A stretch of 63,251 bases of DNA, filler included, from Octopus bimaculoides (GCF_001194135.2; 5 parts of 5 records of this genome joined end to end with filler, not necessarily neighbours in it); one strand, 5' to 3'. Numbered from the whole stretch's first letter, positions 37,322-50,881 are shown. Program-made: numbers and translations. The notes: generated by a model from the letters alone, not told the origin.

Positions 37322-37434
37322 TTTGGTTACGGGAGCGTCTTTGCAGCTTTATTTATTAAACATATTACTGCACCTCCGATATTCCAGGACTATTTTTTCC
37401 ACTTTGTATCACATTTGTGTCCTTACTCTGGTTG

Positions 37435-37760
37435 ATTGATAGATAGATAGATAGATAGATAGATGAGCCGACGTTCCCAATGACATCTGGATAGAGGGAT
37501 TGTTTGATAGATAGAAAGACATACAGATAGATAGATAAACAGATAGATATTTAGATAAACGGGCAGACAGGTGGAAAGACAGACAGACGCACGGACAGAA
37601 AGACAGACACACAGATAGATATATATTTAGATAGATAGAGGGATTGTTTGATATACAGAAAGACAGACGGATAGATGGATAGACAAATAGATATTAAGAT
37701 AGACGGACAGATAGGTGGAAAAACAGACAGACAAACGGACAGAAAGGTAGATAGATAGAT
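37435..37760. repeat. Compound GATA/GACA satellite with a duplicated unit of about 143 bp
   Basis: gatagagggattgtttgata..gatatt.agata.acgg.caga.aggtggaaa occurs twice (about 37491 and 37634). Confidence 0.75.
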
Positions 37761-38126
37761 AATTTTCTTTTATTAGCCACACAGGGTTGCACACAGAGGG
37801 GACAAATACAACTGTAGAGCTTTTCTTTAAAAAAAAAAATTTTTTTTTTTTTTAAATGGGGTTATCGTATATCACAGAAAATGTCAATTGTGTAAAATGG
37901 GGTAACATTAGGTTTATCCATGGAGAGAAAAGCCTACGGAAAAGACCATGGTAAGCTCAGCAGGAAATAGACACATGAGAGCGAAGTGCTCTCTCTCTCT
38001 CTTTTTTTTTTTAATTATTTTTTTTTTTCGATTTATAGGATCATGCTCAAAGAGGTATCGTCACTCGCACGCACCATCTTTGCTACATTCACCCACCTTT
38101 TAATGAAATTTCACGAGACAAAAACT

Positions 38127-38182
<56 letters not shown>

Positions 38183-39638
38183 CGAAAGCTTACATACTGT
38201 TATTTTGCACCGTCAGTTCCTTTGCTGTTAAGTGTCTCATGGACTAAGAGGAATTTCCAAACACATTTTCCCCTGAATATAGCTCGTTATTCTTGTTATC
38301 TTACATTAGTGATGGAAATGATGTTGGTGTTACAGTTAATGATGTTTTTTATTACTTGCTACGGATATTGTTGATTCATTTCCTATAGTTGCTGCTGCTG
38401 CCGCTGCTACCGCTGTTGTTTTATATCGATTATGCTCCCTATAGGGCCAGATTCTGTGCAGATGCTTTAAATAGCATTATAAAAGAAATAAATAAATATT
38501 GTTCGGACAGTTTATTCAAGTAAAAAAAATTTGAATTCTGAATCGAAGCGAAAGACTCATTGTATTCATTTCTCTATAAATGTGTGAGCATATATGTACG
38601 TACGTATGCATGAATATATATATATATATATATANNNNNNNNNNNNNNNNNNNNNNNNNNNNNNNNNNNNNNNNNNNNNNNNNNNNNNNNNNNNNNNNNN
38701 NNNNNNNNNNNNNNNNNNNNNNNNNNNNNNNNNNNNNNNNNNNNNNNNNNNNNNNNNNNNNNNNNNNNNNNNNNNNNNNNNNNNNNNNNNNNNNNNNNNN
38801 NNNNNNNNNNNNNNNNNNNNNNNNNNNNNNNNNNNNNNNNNNNNNNNNNNNNNNNNNNNNNNNNNNNNNNNNNNNNNNNNNNNNNNNNNNNNNNNNNNNN
38901 NNNNNNNNNNNNNNNNNNNNNNNNNNNNNNNNNNNNNNNNNNNNNNNNNNNNNNNNNNNNNNNNNNNNNNNNNNNNNNNNNNNNNNNNNNNNNNNNNNNN
39001 NNNNNNNNNNNNNNNNNNNNNNNNNNNNNNNNNNNNNNNNNNNNNNNNNNNNNNNNNNNNNNNNNNNNNNNNNNNNNNNNNNNNNNNNNNNNNNNNNNNN
39101 NNNNNNNNNNNNNNNNNNNNNNNNNNNNNNNNNNNNNNNNNNNNNNNNNNNNNNNNNNNNNNNNNNNNNNNNNNNNNNNNNNNNNNNNNNNNNNNNNNNN
39201 NNNNNNNNNNNNNNNNNNNNNNNNNNNNNNNNNNNNNNNNNNNNNNNNNNNNNNNNNNNNNNNNNNNNNNNNNNNNNNNNNNNNNNNNNNNNNNNNNNNN
39301 NNNNNNNNNNNNNNNNNNNNNNNNNNNNNNNNNNNNNNNNNNNNNNNNNNNNNNNNNNNNNNNNNNNNNNNNNNNNNNNNNNNNNNNNNNNNNNNNNNNN
39401 NNNNNNNNNNNNNNNNNNNNNNNNNNNNNNNNNNNNNNNNNNNNNNNNNNNNNNNNNNNNNNNNNNNNNNNNNNNNNNNNNNNNNNNNNNNNNNNNNNNN
39501 NNNNNNNNNNNNNNNNTATATATATACTCGCACACATATATACTCACGCATATATATGTACACATATAAATCTATATATACATACATATATACGCGTATA
39601 CATCTATATATATATATATATAGATATATATATATATA

Positions 39639-40497
39639 CAGGATGAGATGGGTAACCCGTCGCCATTTTATATTATTAAATTCGCGCATGCGCAACGTTT
39701 GCTTTCGATTTTGTCGACTACATGGTATAGTAGGGACGGTTGGTATCCGTCTGCGAGCAAAACAGCCCCATGACCCAATTTGTTCTGCCAGAAATTTGGA
39801 AACTGTATGCTGTACTGCTTGGCATTCGTGCATGAAGGTCCAATACAAACATTTCAGTGTTTGGGTGTTAATCTGAGGACATCAACCGAGAGTGATAAAA
39901 ATCAAACTTCCAGTCAATATCATGGTGTTTGGAGTAATCGTTAGTGATGGAGATGTTATGCATCCGTTCGTCTTGCCACACGGCCTCAGACTCAACACGG
40001 AGGTCTACATCAAGTACCTGGGGGAGATAGTGCTGCCCTGGATCTAGAGGGTTGCTAATGGAAGATCCTATGGCTGACAACAGGACTGCACAATGCCATA
40101 CAACCAGGGGAAACCAGTCATAGTCTGCAATAACCTTATCCCTAACATCTGGCCACCTAAACTCCCCAGGCTGTAACCCCTTGATTATTATGCGTGGGGC
40201 GCATTTTAACAAGAGACCTTGCTCCTTGTAACACCAAAACTCTTTGTAACACCAAAGATGAACTGAAGGCCAAGATTATGGCAGCATTCACCAACTTTAA
40301 TAAGGAGACCGTGCAGGAGATTCCTAAGTCGACTGGATGCCGTGGTTCAATAATCTGACGATTTTATTGAATAAATTTTCTCTGTAGTATTTCAAGATAT
40401 TCTTATGAAATTTCGGTAAATATATCTGTTAAAATAAGCTGTCAGTATTGTTTTCATTTTTGCGTAATTTAGACGACAATATACTCCCCGCAATCTG
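39639..40497 (+). mobile_element. Internally deleted maT/DD37D-like Tc1/mariner element, pseudogenised transposase
   Basis: + strand peptide IMVFGVIVSDGDVMHPFVLPHGLRLNTEVYIKYLGEIVLPWI*..QQD..WPP/NSPGCNPLDYYAWG; degenerate TIRs, TA flanks. Confidence 0.8.
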
Positions 40498-41336
40498 TAT
40501 GTTTATATATATATATATATNNNNNNNNNNNNNNNNNNNNNNNNNNNNNNNNNNNNNNNNNNNNTTAATTAATTAANNNNNNNNNNNNNNNNNNNNNNNN
40601 NNNNNNNNNNNNNNNNNNNNCGTGTATATATATATATATCTATATCTATACAAATACATATACATACATATATGTATATGGTTTTTACATTTCATGTCCT
40701 TTACATCTCCTGCTGTTGTTGTGTAGTCCTCTCCAGTTTTGCGCAGGCCTGGGCTAGATGTAAAAAAACCCGGGGTAGCCCAATCGTCAGGATTCCTCTC
40801 TCGACCTTGCTGACGTAGTCCAAAGGAATGCAGAGCATTACGTTTGGCACCAGCTTGGTTGCAGGAACTGACGAAAGAGTGTCGGGTCATTTTGCAGGAC
40901 TTGTGATTTGATTGAACAGTGTAAAATTAAAATAAAAGATCTAAAATGGTAAAGAATTTAATGTTAAAATGAATTGCTAAGAAAAAAAAAAAAGAAAAGA
41001 TTACATGTCTGAAATGCAATGAGGCAAAATTAAAAGACCGTGTCAGGTTACATAAACAACAAATCAAAGATCTGTTTCGGAAATTTTCAAGTTGTAAACA
41101 TTAAGATATTTGTACGAATGGGAAATTAAAAATACTCACTACTCACAAAATGTAAGGAGAAAGGCCGAAGAAAGTTATAATGTATAAATTTTTTTGTCCC
41201 AAACTAAACAGGAAACTGTGACTACAGTTACTGAAAATAATTGCTACTATAAGGATAACAACATTGAAAATTTTACTTTATACCAAGTGTATTTGGAGAG
41301 CAGAAGATAGCGAAAGCACTTACAAATGAAAAAAGA

Positions 41337-42118
41337 AAATTGCATCGGAGGGGCGATGCATACCCTGCGCGCAGATAAGTTTTTTCACAAATTATAGAGT
41401 GACTTACAATGCGTTGCTTACCCATGCTTTTTAATTAAGCTTTGTAAAAGTTTGGCTAAAAGAGGATTAGAAGACTAAGAACGGTGAAGTTAAGTGATCA
41501 ACGAAACCCTCGAATCCATCACTGTACACACACACACGCACAGTCGCATATCTATGTATGTATTTATATATATATTTATGTGTCTACGAGCACAGGTACA
41601 CCATGATCTATACACACGCAGACGAGGGTTGATTCATATGAAAAAGGAAGTGAACAATATGAAATATTTATAGAAAACCTTGTATAACAACGTCTTTCAA
41701 TGATGGTAGGTAAATCAAATGTACTGTAGTTCGTTGTAGGATATAAATAATATGACTACTTGCTTATCGGGAAATTTGTAAGTTCGATTTAGAAACAATT
41801 TTTTGTATTTTTAGTGTCCCCACTATAAGTATTTATACTCCAGTGGAATTTTAAAAAATCAACTCGTAAATAAACGAAACCTTCGAATTTAGGTACGCGC
41901 ACGCACACACACAGGGTCGCATATCTACGTATGTATTTATGTATGTTTGAAGATAATCAAACCAAATTTTCATCATTTCGAGCCATTCACCCAATGAGTA
42001 TTTCTGCCAGATTTGGTGAAAATCCGTTCAGCCGTTTTCTAGTAATTTCGCAAACACACAGACAGACAAAACCGAGTGATTACAATAACCTGGTTTCGCT
42101 TACGTGCGCAGGGTTAAA
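41337..42118 (-). mobile_element. Non-autonomous Helentron-like (HINE/DINE-type) element
   Basis: 9-bp subterminal inverted repeats (41362-41370 and 42106-42114), a 7-bp stem-loop at 41341-41360, and a GTCT microsatellite near one end. Confidence 0.55.
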
Positions 42119-42327
42119 GTCATTATTTCATCACGCCTGTGTAATCTACATGTTACAAAGAATTATTTGAATAACTAATAACTTTTAATTAAAGACTTAC
42201 TCAAAGCGGTGAGCTGACAGAATCATTCTGAGTTCAAACTCCGTCGAGGTAGACTTTGCCTTTTATCTTTTCGGAGTCCCCAGAATTGTTGGTCTTGTAC
42301 CAAAATCTGAAACTGATTAAAGACTTA

Positions 42328-42390
<63 letters not shown>

Positions 42391-43680
42391 ACAGACAAAA
42401 CCCCACTAAAAGGAAAATAGTTGCACGATGGATATAGCTACGCATTCTGTCATGTATGTCCATCCGATCTTTGATAGCCAAAAATGGTTTGGGTTAATGA
42501 TTCTCAATGCAGATTTCCAAATCATCTGTTTTACTTGTATTTCTCTTTGAACCCAGACATCAATTCGAAACCAGTAAAGCAAACCATCTTGTTAGCCTTT
42601 AGTTAAGAGGATTTAATACTTTACATAGATATATGTCGACACATATTTTTTATGATGACTCATATTTTTATTGAATAATCACTATGAAAATGTCATACGT
42701 GCTCTTAACTAATTTTTAACCATCATTCAAATTCTTCGCTGATTTTCCTCCTTTTACTATTTTCGTCGACTTAGGATTGGTATCATTCCTGGAATAATTT
42801 ATGTGGGTAGTGAGTTACTCCCTGTATCTTCAGATATTCACATGATTTCAACAAGCCGTCAAGTGCTCAAGACCTTTCTGATAAGCTTTCCTGTTCCTAA
42901 GAGGCAAACTTTCTGTGGAAGCTCTACTGGACATTCCATTCCTGCGTGTGGTCGATTTTGCCTTTCATCCTTTCGGGGTCGATAAAATAAGTACCAGTTG
43001 ATTAGTGGGAGCGGGAGAGGGGGTCGATGTAATCGACATAACCGTCATTTTATATATGTATGTATGTATGTATGTATGTGTGCATGTATGCATGCATGCA
43101 TGTATTTATGTATGTATGCACGTGTGTGTATGCGCGCGTGTGTATGCGCGTGTGTGTATGCGTACATAGATGTGTGTGAGCGTATGTTTGTGTGTGTATG
43201 TTTTGTGTTTCTGCCCTCCCCGATTGACAACTGGTGTTAGTTGGTTTACGTCCCTGCACCTTAGCGGTTCGGCAAAAGACACCGACAAAAACAAAGAAAG
43301 AAACTGCATAAGTACCGGGGTGGTTTGTTCGACAAAAAATCCTTCAAGACAGTGCTCCGGCATGGCCGCAGTCCAAAGCCTGAAACAAGTAAAAGATAAC
43401 AGACAAAGGAAAAAGATGCGAAATACAGTATTCATTGCATTCATATGCAGTTTGGTTCCGTAGATTGGTTAACATCTGAATTGGAAATTATTCCCGAAAA
43501 AGTCTATCAATGAAGATAGGGAAGTTCTTTGTCTTCATTTTCTTTTCAAGATGGTGGATACATGATGCAATAATAGAACTTTTTTTTTTTGTTGCGGTTG
43601 TTTTAGGACAATGTCTCCAGTATCCAATTGTTTGCTTTGCATTGGAATGTTTTTCCGTAATCAATCTGTGCTGTTTTAAG

Positions 43681-44163
43681 CCATTACCACCACCACTACC
43701 ACCACCACCAAAACCACCACCACCACCACCACCACCAAAACCACCACCNNNNNNNNNNNNNNNNNNNNNNNNNNNNNNNNNNNNNNNNNNNNNNNNNNNN
43801 NNNNNNNNNNNNNNNNNNNNNNNNNNNNNNNNNNNNNNNNNNNNNNNNNNNNNNNNNNNNNNNNNNNNNNNNNNNNNNNNNNNNNNNNNNNNNNNNNNNN
43901 NNNNNNNNNNNNNNNNNNNNNNNNNNNNNNNNNNNNNNNNNNNNNNNNNNNNNNNNNNNNNNNNNNNNNNNNNNNNNNNNNNNNNNNNNNNNNNNNNNNN
44001 NNNNNNNNNNNNNNNNNNNNNNNNNNNNNNNNNNNNNNNNNNNNNNNNNNNNNNNNNNNNNNNNNNNNNNNNNNNNNNNNNNNNNNNNNNNNNNNNNNNN
44101 NNNNNNNNNNNNNNNNNNNNNNNNNNNNNNNNNNNNNNNNNNNNNNNNNNNNNNNNATTATTA

Positions 44164-44204
<41 letters not shown>

Positions 44205-44235
44205 GTTGTTGTTGTTGTTGTTGTTATTATTATTC
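43681..44235. repeat. (CCA)n and (TTA/TTG)n microsatellites flanking an N gap
   Basis: Direct reading. Confidence 0.9.
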
Positions 44236-44248
44236 AGTTCTATATCTA

Positions 44249-44317
44249 AGAGATGGCGTAGTGGTTAAGAGCGTGGGCTACTAGCCCCAAGATTCCGAGT
44301 TCGATTCCAGGCAGTGA

Positions 44318-44362
<45 letters not shown>

Positions 44363-44545
44363 CAACAACAACAATAATAATAATAACAACAGCATCGAAA
44401 AATACCTTAGGAATGAGAAGCCAGGTTCGAAATTTCCCCAAGACACCTGATGAAGGCTGGAGGGTATATCAGCCGAAATATTGTGTTAACAACAAACAAG
44501 ATGAGGACAAATATCCGTCAATTGTAAATAATGTAAATAATGTAG
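44249..44545 (+). mobile_element. Family D SINE: tRNA-like head, (AAT/AAC)n linker and hammerhead-bearing tail
   Basis: A-box TGGCGTAGTGG at 44254-44264, B-box GAGTTCGATTCC at 44297-44308; the tail is shared with 10338-10710. Confidence 0.85.
44442..44487 (+). ncRNA. Minimal type-I hammerhead ribozyme motif with an intact core
   Basis: GACAC CUGAUGA A GGCUG gaggguauau CAGCC GAAA UAUU GUGUU; stem I 5 bp, stem II 5 bp, self-complementary AUAU stem III, AUU triplet. Confidence 0.65.
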
Positions 44546-45463
44546 TATTATTATTATTGAGTGAGAGGGCGGTGCATGCCATCAAAGTGACACAGGGGTA
44601 CAAATATACGAAACCCAGTATACCCATCATGACTACCCGTCTAATAAGGGTACAGCAGGCACATACATCACAACAATATGTGCGCAACATGGTGATCTCA
44701 TATCGAGATAAATAACGCATGACATTGCAGGTAGAGCCCAGTAAGAATTTTCTTCAGGTCAAGTAGCCCATCCCGCTCAAAAGGTCCCTGAATAAGTGTG
44801 ACCTAAGGACGTTGAACGAAACACCCTTGTTTTCAGTGGTGAATTATTCAAACCCCCAAAGAATTCCTCTCAATATGATGTGCCCCTACTACTTCTGTTC
44901 GTGATCAGAGATGCACTTATCGTCAGCCACCAAGAGACATGCTCAACTGGTTAAGGTCAAATAACTGACAAGCAAATCTGTGGTACTGAGCAGAATATTT
45001 GATTTAGCCCATCTATTATACCATTATCTTTCATCCTTTCGGAGTCGATAAAATAAGTACCGGTCGAGCACAGGGGTCGATGTAATCGACTCATCCTCTT
45101 CCCCCAAATTGCTGGGCGTGTGCCAAAATTTGAAGCCATTATTACCAAAGAAATTGTCATCTCATCTACAGAATTTTTTTTGTCTATCTGGTTAGTCTTT
45201 CATCATAAGAGAAGGAAATTGTGATGACAGTCGCTGGTGGAATGCGGCCGGTAACAATTATCCCTGAGGCGTTACATTCTTTAACATTGATAAACTTTTA
45301 TATGTCAAACCATCAAATCATGGACTACTTTATCCACTTCAAGACTTTTCCTGCTATTCTTTGTTCTAAGCTTCTTCAACAACATTCCAGTGAAGATAAT
45401 AGATAGATAGAAAGATACATACATACATACATACATACATACACACACAGACACATATGTATG

Positions 45464-45521
<58 letters not shown>

Positions 45522-45564
45522 TGTGTGTGTATATATATAGACGCATCCATACACACACACACAT

Positions 45565-45595
<31 letters not shown>

Positions 45596-46230
45596 CATAC
45601 ATACATACACACACAGGTACCACTCCAGTCGCTGTGAAGGCAAGACGAACTACTAGCGTTCTACCTCAGATTTGCGTTTGGCCGTACGGCTTTTGAATGT
45701 TGTTTTCACTGTCCATTTTTTCCTGTCTTGGTTTGTGTTTGCCACCTTGGAATCCTCTGTGTAGTGGGTTGATCCACTACTCAGGAAGAGACTATTCTAG
45801 AGTACGTTCTGTCTTATCTTCGAAACGTCTAGATAGAATAGAGACAGCTGATGAAGGGATATTCCAAGTGGCTTTCCGTTTTCCTATGTGTTCGTTCCGT
45901 TGTCTGTAGTTTATTGTTCTAACGTCCTGTACCCTGATATGCATATATATACACATGTAGATGTAAGTATGTACATATATGTGTGTATACATGTATATAT
46001 ATTCTTTGTATTANNNNNNNNNNNNNNNNNNNNNNNNNNNNNNNNNNNNNNNNNNNNNNNNNNNNNNNNNNNNNNNNNNNNNNNNNNNNNNNNNNNNNNN
46101 NNNNNNNNNNNNNNNNNNNNNNNNNNNNNNNNNNNNNNNNNNNNNNNNNNNNNNNNNNNNNNNNNNNNNNNNGTGTGTGTGTGTGTGTGTGTGTGTGTCT
46201 GTGCGTGTATATATATATAGACGCATCCAT

Positions 46231-46261
<31 letters not shown>

Positions 46262-46297
46262 TACATACATACATACATACATACATACATAGGCTCA

Positions 46298-46990
46298 GGC
46301 GTGGCTGTGTAGTAAGAAGCTTGCTTCCAATCCACATGGTTCCGGGTTCAGTCCCACTGCGTGGCACCTTGGGCGAGTGTCTTCTACTGTAGTCTCGCGC
46401 CGACCAAAGTCTTGTGAGTGAATTTCATAATGAGAATAAAGCGGACGACTTCTCTGTGTTAGATGTCGTGTAAAGGTTTAGCTGTTAGGATATTCGACTC
46501 ACGATGGCGGTGTCGTGAATTCGGTTCACGGCAGTTCGTTGTGTCTTTGAGTAAGGCGGCGCGCTGGCCGAATCGTTAGCACGCCGGGCAAAATGCTTAG
46601 CGGTATTTCGTCCGTCTGCACGATCTGAGTTCAAATTCCGCCAAGGTCGACCTTGCCTTTCAGCCTTTCGGGGTCGATAAATTAAGTATCAGCGAAACAC
46701 TGGGGCTGTTGTCATCAACTCATCCCGTCCCCTAAAAGTTCCAGCTTTGTGCCTTTAGCAGAAAGGATTTACGTTATTCCAGTCCACTCAGCTGGAAAAA
46801 ATGAGTTGTTTTTGTATTCAAAGGGCCAGCCTTGTCACATTGTATATGACGCTGACTCTCTTTGAGAACTACCTTAAGGGTACACATATCTGTGGTGAAC
46901 TCAGCCAATTGCACGTTAATTTCACGAGGTGGTTCTTTCGGAGGGATAGGATCAACCGGAACCTTCGTCGTCGCAACCGACGGAGTACCA
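46298..46990 (+). mobile_element. Cluster of nested SINEs: family A head (46298-46420), family B (46555-46765) and family C 3' half (46800-46990)
   Basis: Matches to other copies in the window; CpGs intact. Confidence 0.8.
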
Positions 46991-47587
46991 GAAGAGAAAA
47001 GATGTCATACTCTTCAAGTTTTAATAAAGTATATAGCATAAGCACTAAAGTGCATTATCCTCCATAATCATTTTGATAGCTTTCCAGCGAAGCTTGGTGA
47101 TTTAAACAATGGGCAAGGAGAGATATTTCAACAGAATATAAAAATGACGGAAGAGACGCATGAGGAAAAAGTGGAATATACACAAAATAGCAAATTATTG
47201 CTGGAACTTTCTGTAGTCCTCTCCAGGGAAATTTCACACCACAAAGTCTATTAAAAAGAAATTGTTTATGTGTTGAATGGCCGATCATTTTAATCTTTAT
47301 TTTTGTTATTTTTTATATATTTTCGTATTTTTTTTTAGATACACCTAGTATAGATTCTTAGTTTTGGAACTGAAATTAACTGATTTAAGGATATGTGGTG
47401 GTTTTAACAGCATATAATATATTACAGGATTAATTTGTTTCTATATTAAAGTAACAAACGCTTAATTAATTATATTTGATAGGGCAAAATTTATGTCACT
47501 TTTGGAATCGGTGTCCCAAGTATACACATGGGTAGGCTTAAGTTCTAAGGCGCCAAAATGTCTGTTGATTAAGGATTTACATATACG

Positions 47588-47631
<44 letters not shown>

Positions 47632-48571
47632 ATGTTTTCTATTTTAGGCACAAGGCCTGAAATTTGGAGGAGGAGGTCATTCGATTAGATCGACTCCAGT
47701 ACGCAACTGGTACNNNNNNNNNNNNNNNNNNNNNNNNNNNNNNNNNNNNNNNNNNNNNNNNNNNNNNNNNNNNNNNNNNNNNNNNNNNNNNNNNNNNNNN
47801 NNNNNNNNNNNNNNNNNNNNNNNNNNNNNNNNNNNNNNNNNNNNNNNNNNNNNNNNNNNNNNNNNNNNNNNNNNNNNNNNNNNNNNNNNNNNNNNNNNNN
47901 NNNNNNNNNNNNNNNNNNNNNNNNNNNNNNNNNNNNNNNNNNNNNNNNNNNNNNNNNNNNNNNNNNNNNNNNNNNNNNNNNNNNNNNNNNNNNNNNNNNN
48001 NNNNNNNNNNNNNNNNNNNNNNNNNNNNNNNNNNNNNNNNNNNNNNNNNNNNNNNNNNNNNNNNNNNNNNNNNNNNNNNNNNNNNNNNNNNNNNNNNNNN
48101 NNNNNNNNNNNNNNNNNNNNNNNNNNNNNNNNNNNNNNNNNNNNNNNNNNNNNNNNNNNNNNNNNNNNNNNNNNNNNNNNNNNNNNNNNNNNNNNNNNNN
48201 NNNNNNNNNNNNNNNNNNNNNNNNNNNNNNNNNNNNNNNNNNNNNNNNNNNNNNNNNNNNNNNNNNNNNNNNNNNNNNNNNNNNNNNNNNNNNNNNNNNN
48301 NNNNNNNNNNNNNNNNNNNNNNNNNNNNNNNNNNNNNNNNNNNNNNNNNNNNNNNNNNNNNNNNNNNNNNNNNNNNNNNNNNNNNNNNNNNNNNNNNNNN
48401 NNNNNNNNNNNNNNNNNNNNNNNNNNNNNNNNNNNNNNNNNNNNNNNNNNNNNNNNNNNNNNNNNNNNNNNNNNNNNNNNNNNNNNNNNNNNNNNNNNNN
48501 NNNNNNNNNNNNNNNNNNNNNNNNNNNATATATACACACACACACATATATACATCTATATGTATGTATTA

Positions 48572-48612
<41 letters not shown>

Positions 48613-48623
48613 TATATTATATT

Positions 48624-48661
<38 letters not shown>

Positions 48662-49023
48662 TATAGGCACATAGCTTGAAGACATCTTAGTACTTACAAA
48701 ATTGATCTTTCATTACGATGATAGAAAAGAGGCGGAGTGAATTAGAGCTTAAATCAAGCAAGAAGCTAAATACGGAGTAGCAGGAACAGAACGAAATCTC
48801 TCTCTCCGCCATTTTTTCTCGTTGCCTTCTTTTTCACTTTCTTGCTTCCTATCTATTACCCTACACCTCTATTGCAGACACATTGAAAACTCTAACCACT
48901 CGACGTTTGAGCGGAAATTATCCGGAAATACCCGAACTACTCCCGTTTTCCAATTCTGAGATGCCGAAAACTTTTTACTGCGGAAATAAGCAATATTTAT
49001 AATAGTTGTTTGGTTGAGACATA

Positions 49024-49511
49024 GGCATGGCTGTGTGGTTAAGATGTTCGCTTCGCAACCACGTGATTGTGGATTCAGTCCCAAAGCGCAGCTCCTTGGG
49101 TAAGTGTCTGTTACTATTGCTCCGGGTGAACTTAGTCGATGGAATCTGTGTGGAAACCCGTCATATATATATTTATTCTTTTACTTGTTTCTGTCATTTG
49201 ACTGCGGCCATGCTGGAGCACCGTCTTTTAGTCGAAGAAATTGAACCCTGGACTTATTATTTGTAAGCCTGGTACTTATTTTATCCGGCTATTTTGCCGA
49301 ACCGCTAAGTTACGGGGACGTGAACACACCAACATCGGTTGTCAAGCGATGGTGGCGGGAGACAAACACAAAATGAAACACTCAAATATATACATATACG
49401 ACAGGCTTCTTTCAGTTTCCGTCCAGAAGGTACTTGCACAAGGCGCCACGCAGTGGAACTGAACCCGGAACCATGTGGTTGGGGAGTAAGCTTCTTACCA
49501 TACATCCATGC

Positions 49512-49512
<1 letters not shown>
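49024..49512. mobile_element. Tail-to-tail SINE family A copies (+ at 49024-49170, - at 49186-49512)
   Basis: Matches to family A on both strands. Confidence 0.75.
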
Positions 49513-49548
<36 letters not shown>

Positions 49549-50052
49549 NNNNNNNNNNNNNNNNNNNNNNNNNNNNNNNNNNNNNNNNNNNNNNNNNNNN
49601 NNNNNNNNNNNNNNNNNNNNNNNNNNNNNNNNNNNNNNNNNNNNNNNNNNNNNNNNNNNNNNNNNNNNNNNNNNNNNNNNNNNNNNNNNNNNNNNNNNNN
49701 NNNNNNNNNNNNNNNNNNNNNNNNNNNNNNNNNNNNNNNNNNNNNNNNNNNNNNNNNNNNNNNNNNNNNNNNNNNNNNNNNNNNNNNNNNNNNNNNNNNN
49801 NNNNNNNNNNNNNNNNNNNNNNNNNNNNNNNNNNNNNNNNNNNNNNNNNNNNNNNNNNNNNNNNNNNNNNNNNNNNNNNNNNNNNNNNNNNNNNNNNNNN
49901 NNNNNNNNNNNNNNNNNNNNNNNNNNNNNNNNNNNNNNNNNNNNNNNNNNNNNNNNNNNNNNNNNNNATATATATATATACATCCATATATACATATATA
50001 TATATGTGTATACATGTATGTATGTATGTATGTATGTATGTATGTATGTATG

Positions 50053-50088
<36 letters not shown>

Positions 50089-50881
50089 CTTTTTGTAAGA
50101 ATGTTTTAGATTTGTATGGAATAGTAAATAATCAGAACAAATAAAATATCCCTTCTCGCTCGACATGAATTCTCATTACCGCTAAAGATTTTCATCTTCG
50201 TTAAGGGAATGATTTAAATTGGTTAAAATGAAAAAAAACTTTTTTATTCATCGAATCAAATACGTTAGCCCGCACTTAACTATATGTTCAACATGCAGGA
50301 GGTACCCCAGGAAATTTACCCTTGGTATTGAATTGTATACTTAGTTTGTAATTTCACCGAAATGTTCTCAACCAGGAAGTATATAGGGGGAAAAAATAAA
50401 GAGAAGTACTCTTATCAACAGCAGCTATTATAAGTTATTTTAATTAGTCAAGCTAATGGCTTAAAACTCTGAAACAGGATGTATATGGCTACTAAACATT
50501 TTGTGAAAGAATAATACTGTACTTTACTAAAATCATTTGTATAAATATCATATAAATATAGACGAGTCCTGAAAGATTAATTGAGTGAAAAAAAATCCTA
50601 TTGATAAAAAGAAAGAAAAAAATCAACTAATTATCTATTGGGAAAACCTAATTATTAAAAACTATGAGGCATTTTAGAATGATATACAAACAATCGAGCT
50701 ATTACTGGTTTACAATGAATGTAGTAAAAAATTTGTAAGAGGTGCAGACGTGGATGTGTGGTTAGAAAGTTTGCTTTTCGTTTACGTAGTTCCAGGGCAA
50801 GTGTTTTCTTCCATAGACTCGGGTTGACCAAAGTATCGTCAGTGGATTTGGTTAACGAAACTGAAAGAAGGCTGTCGCGTG

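Noticed and set aside
38516-39848. Long ORFs of 250-424 aa here and at 43.5, 47.6, 49.3, 52.8, 54.7 and 57.1 kb
   Set aside because: They are open only because they run through N gaps and dinucleotide repeats.
44249-44321. tRNA genes (also the heads at 2804, 19109, 46298, 53362 and 58817)
   Set aside because: They have A and B boxes but no proper acceptor stem or terminator, and each continues into a multi-copy SINE body.
45795-45875. GAAACGTC followed by CTGATGA as a type II/III hammerhead
   Set aside because: Neither stem I nor stem II pairs convincingly.
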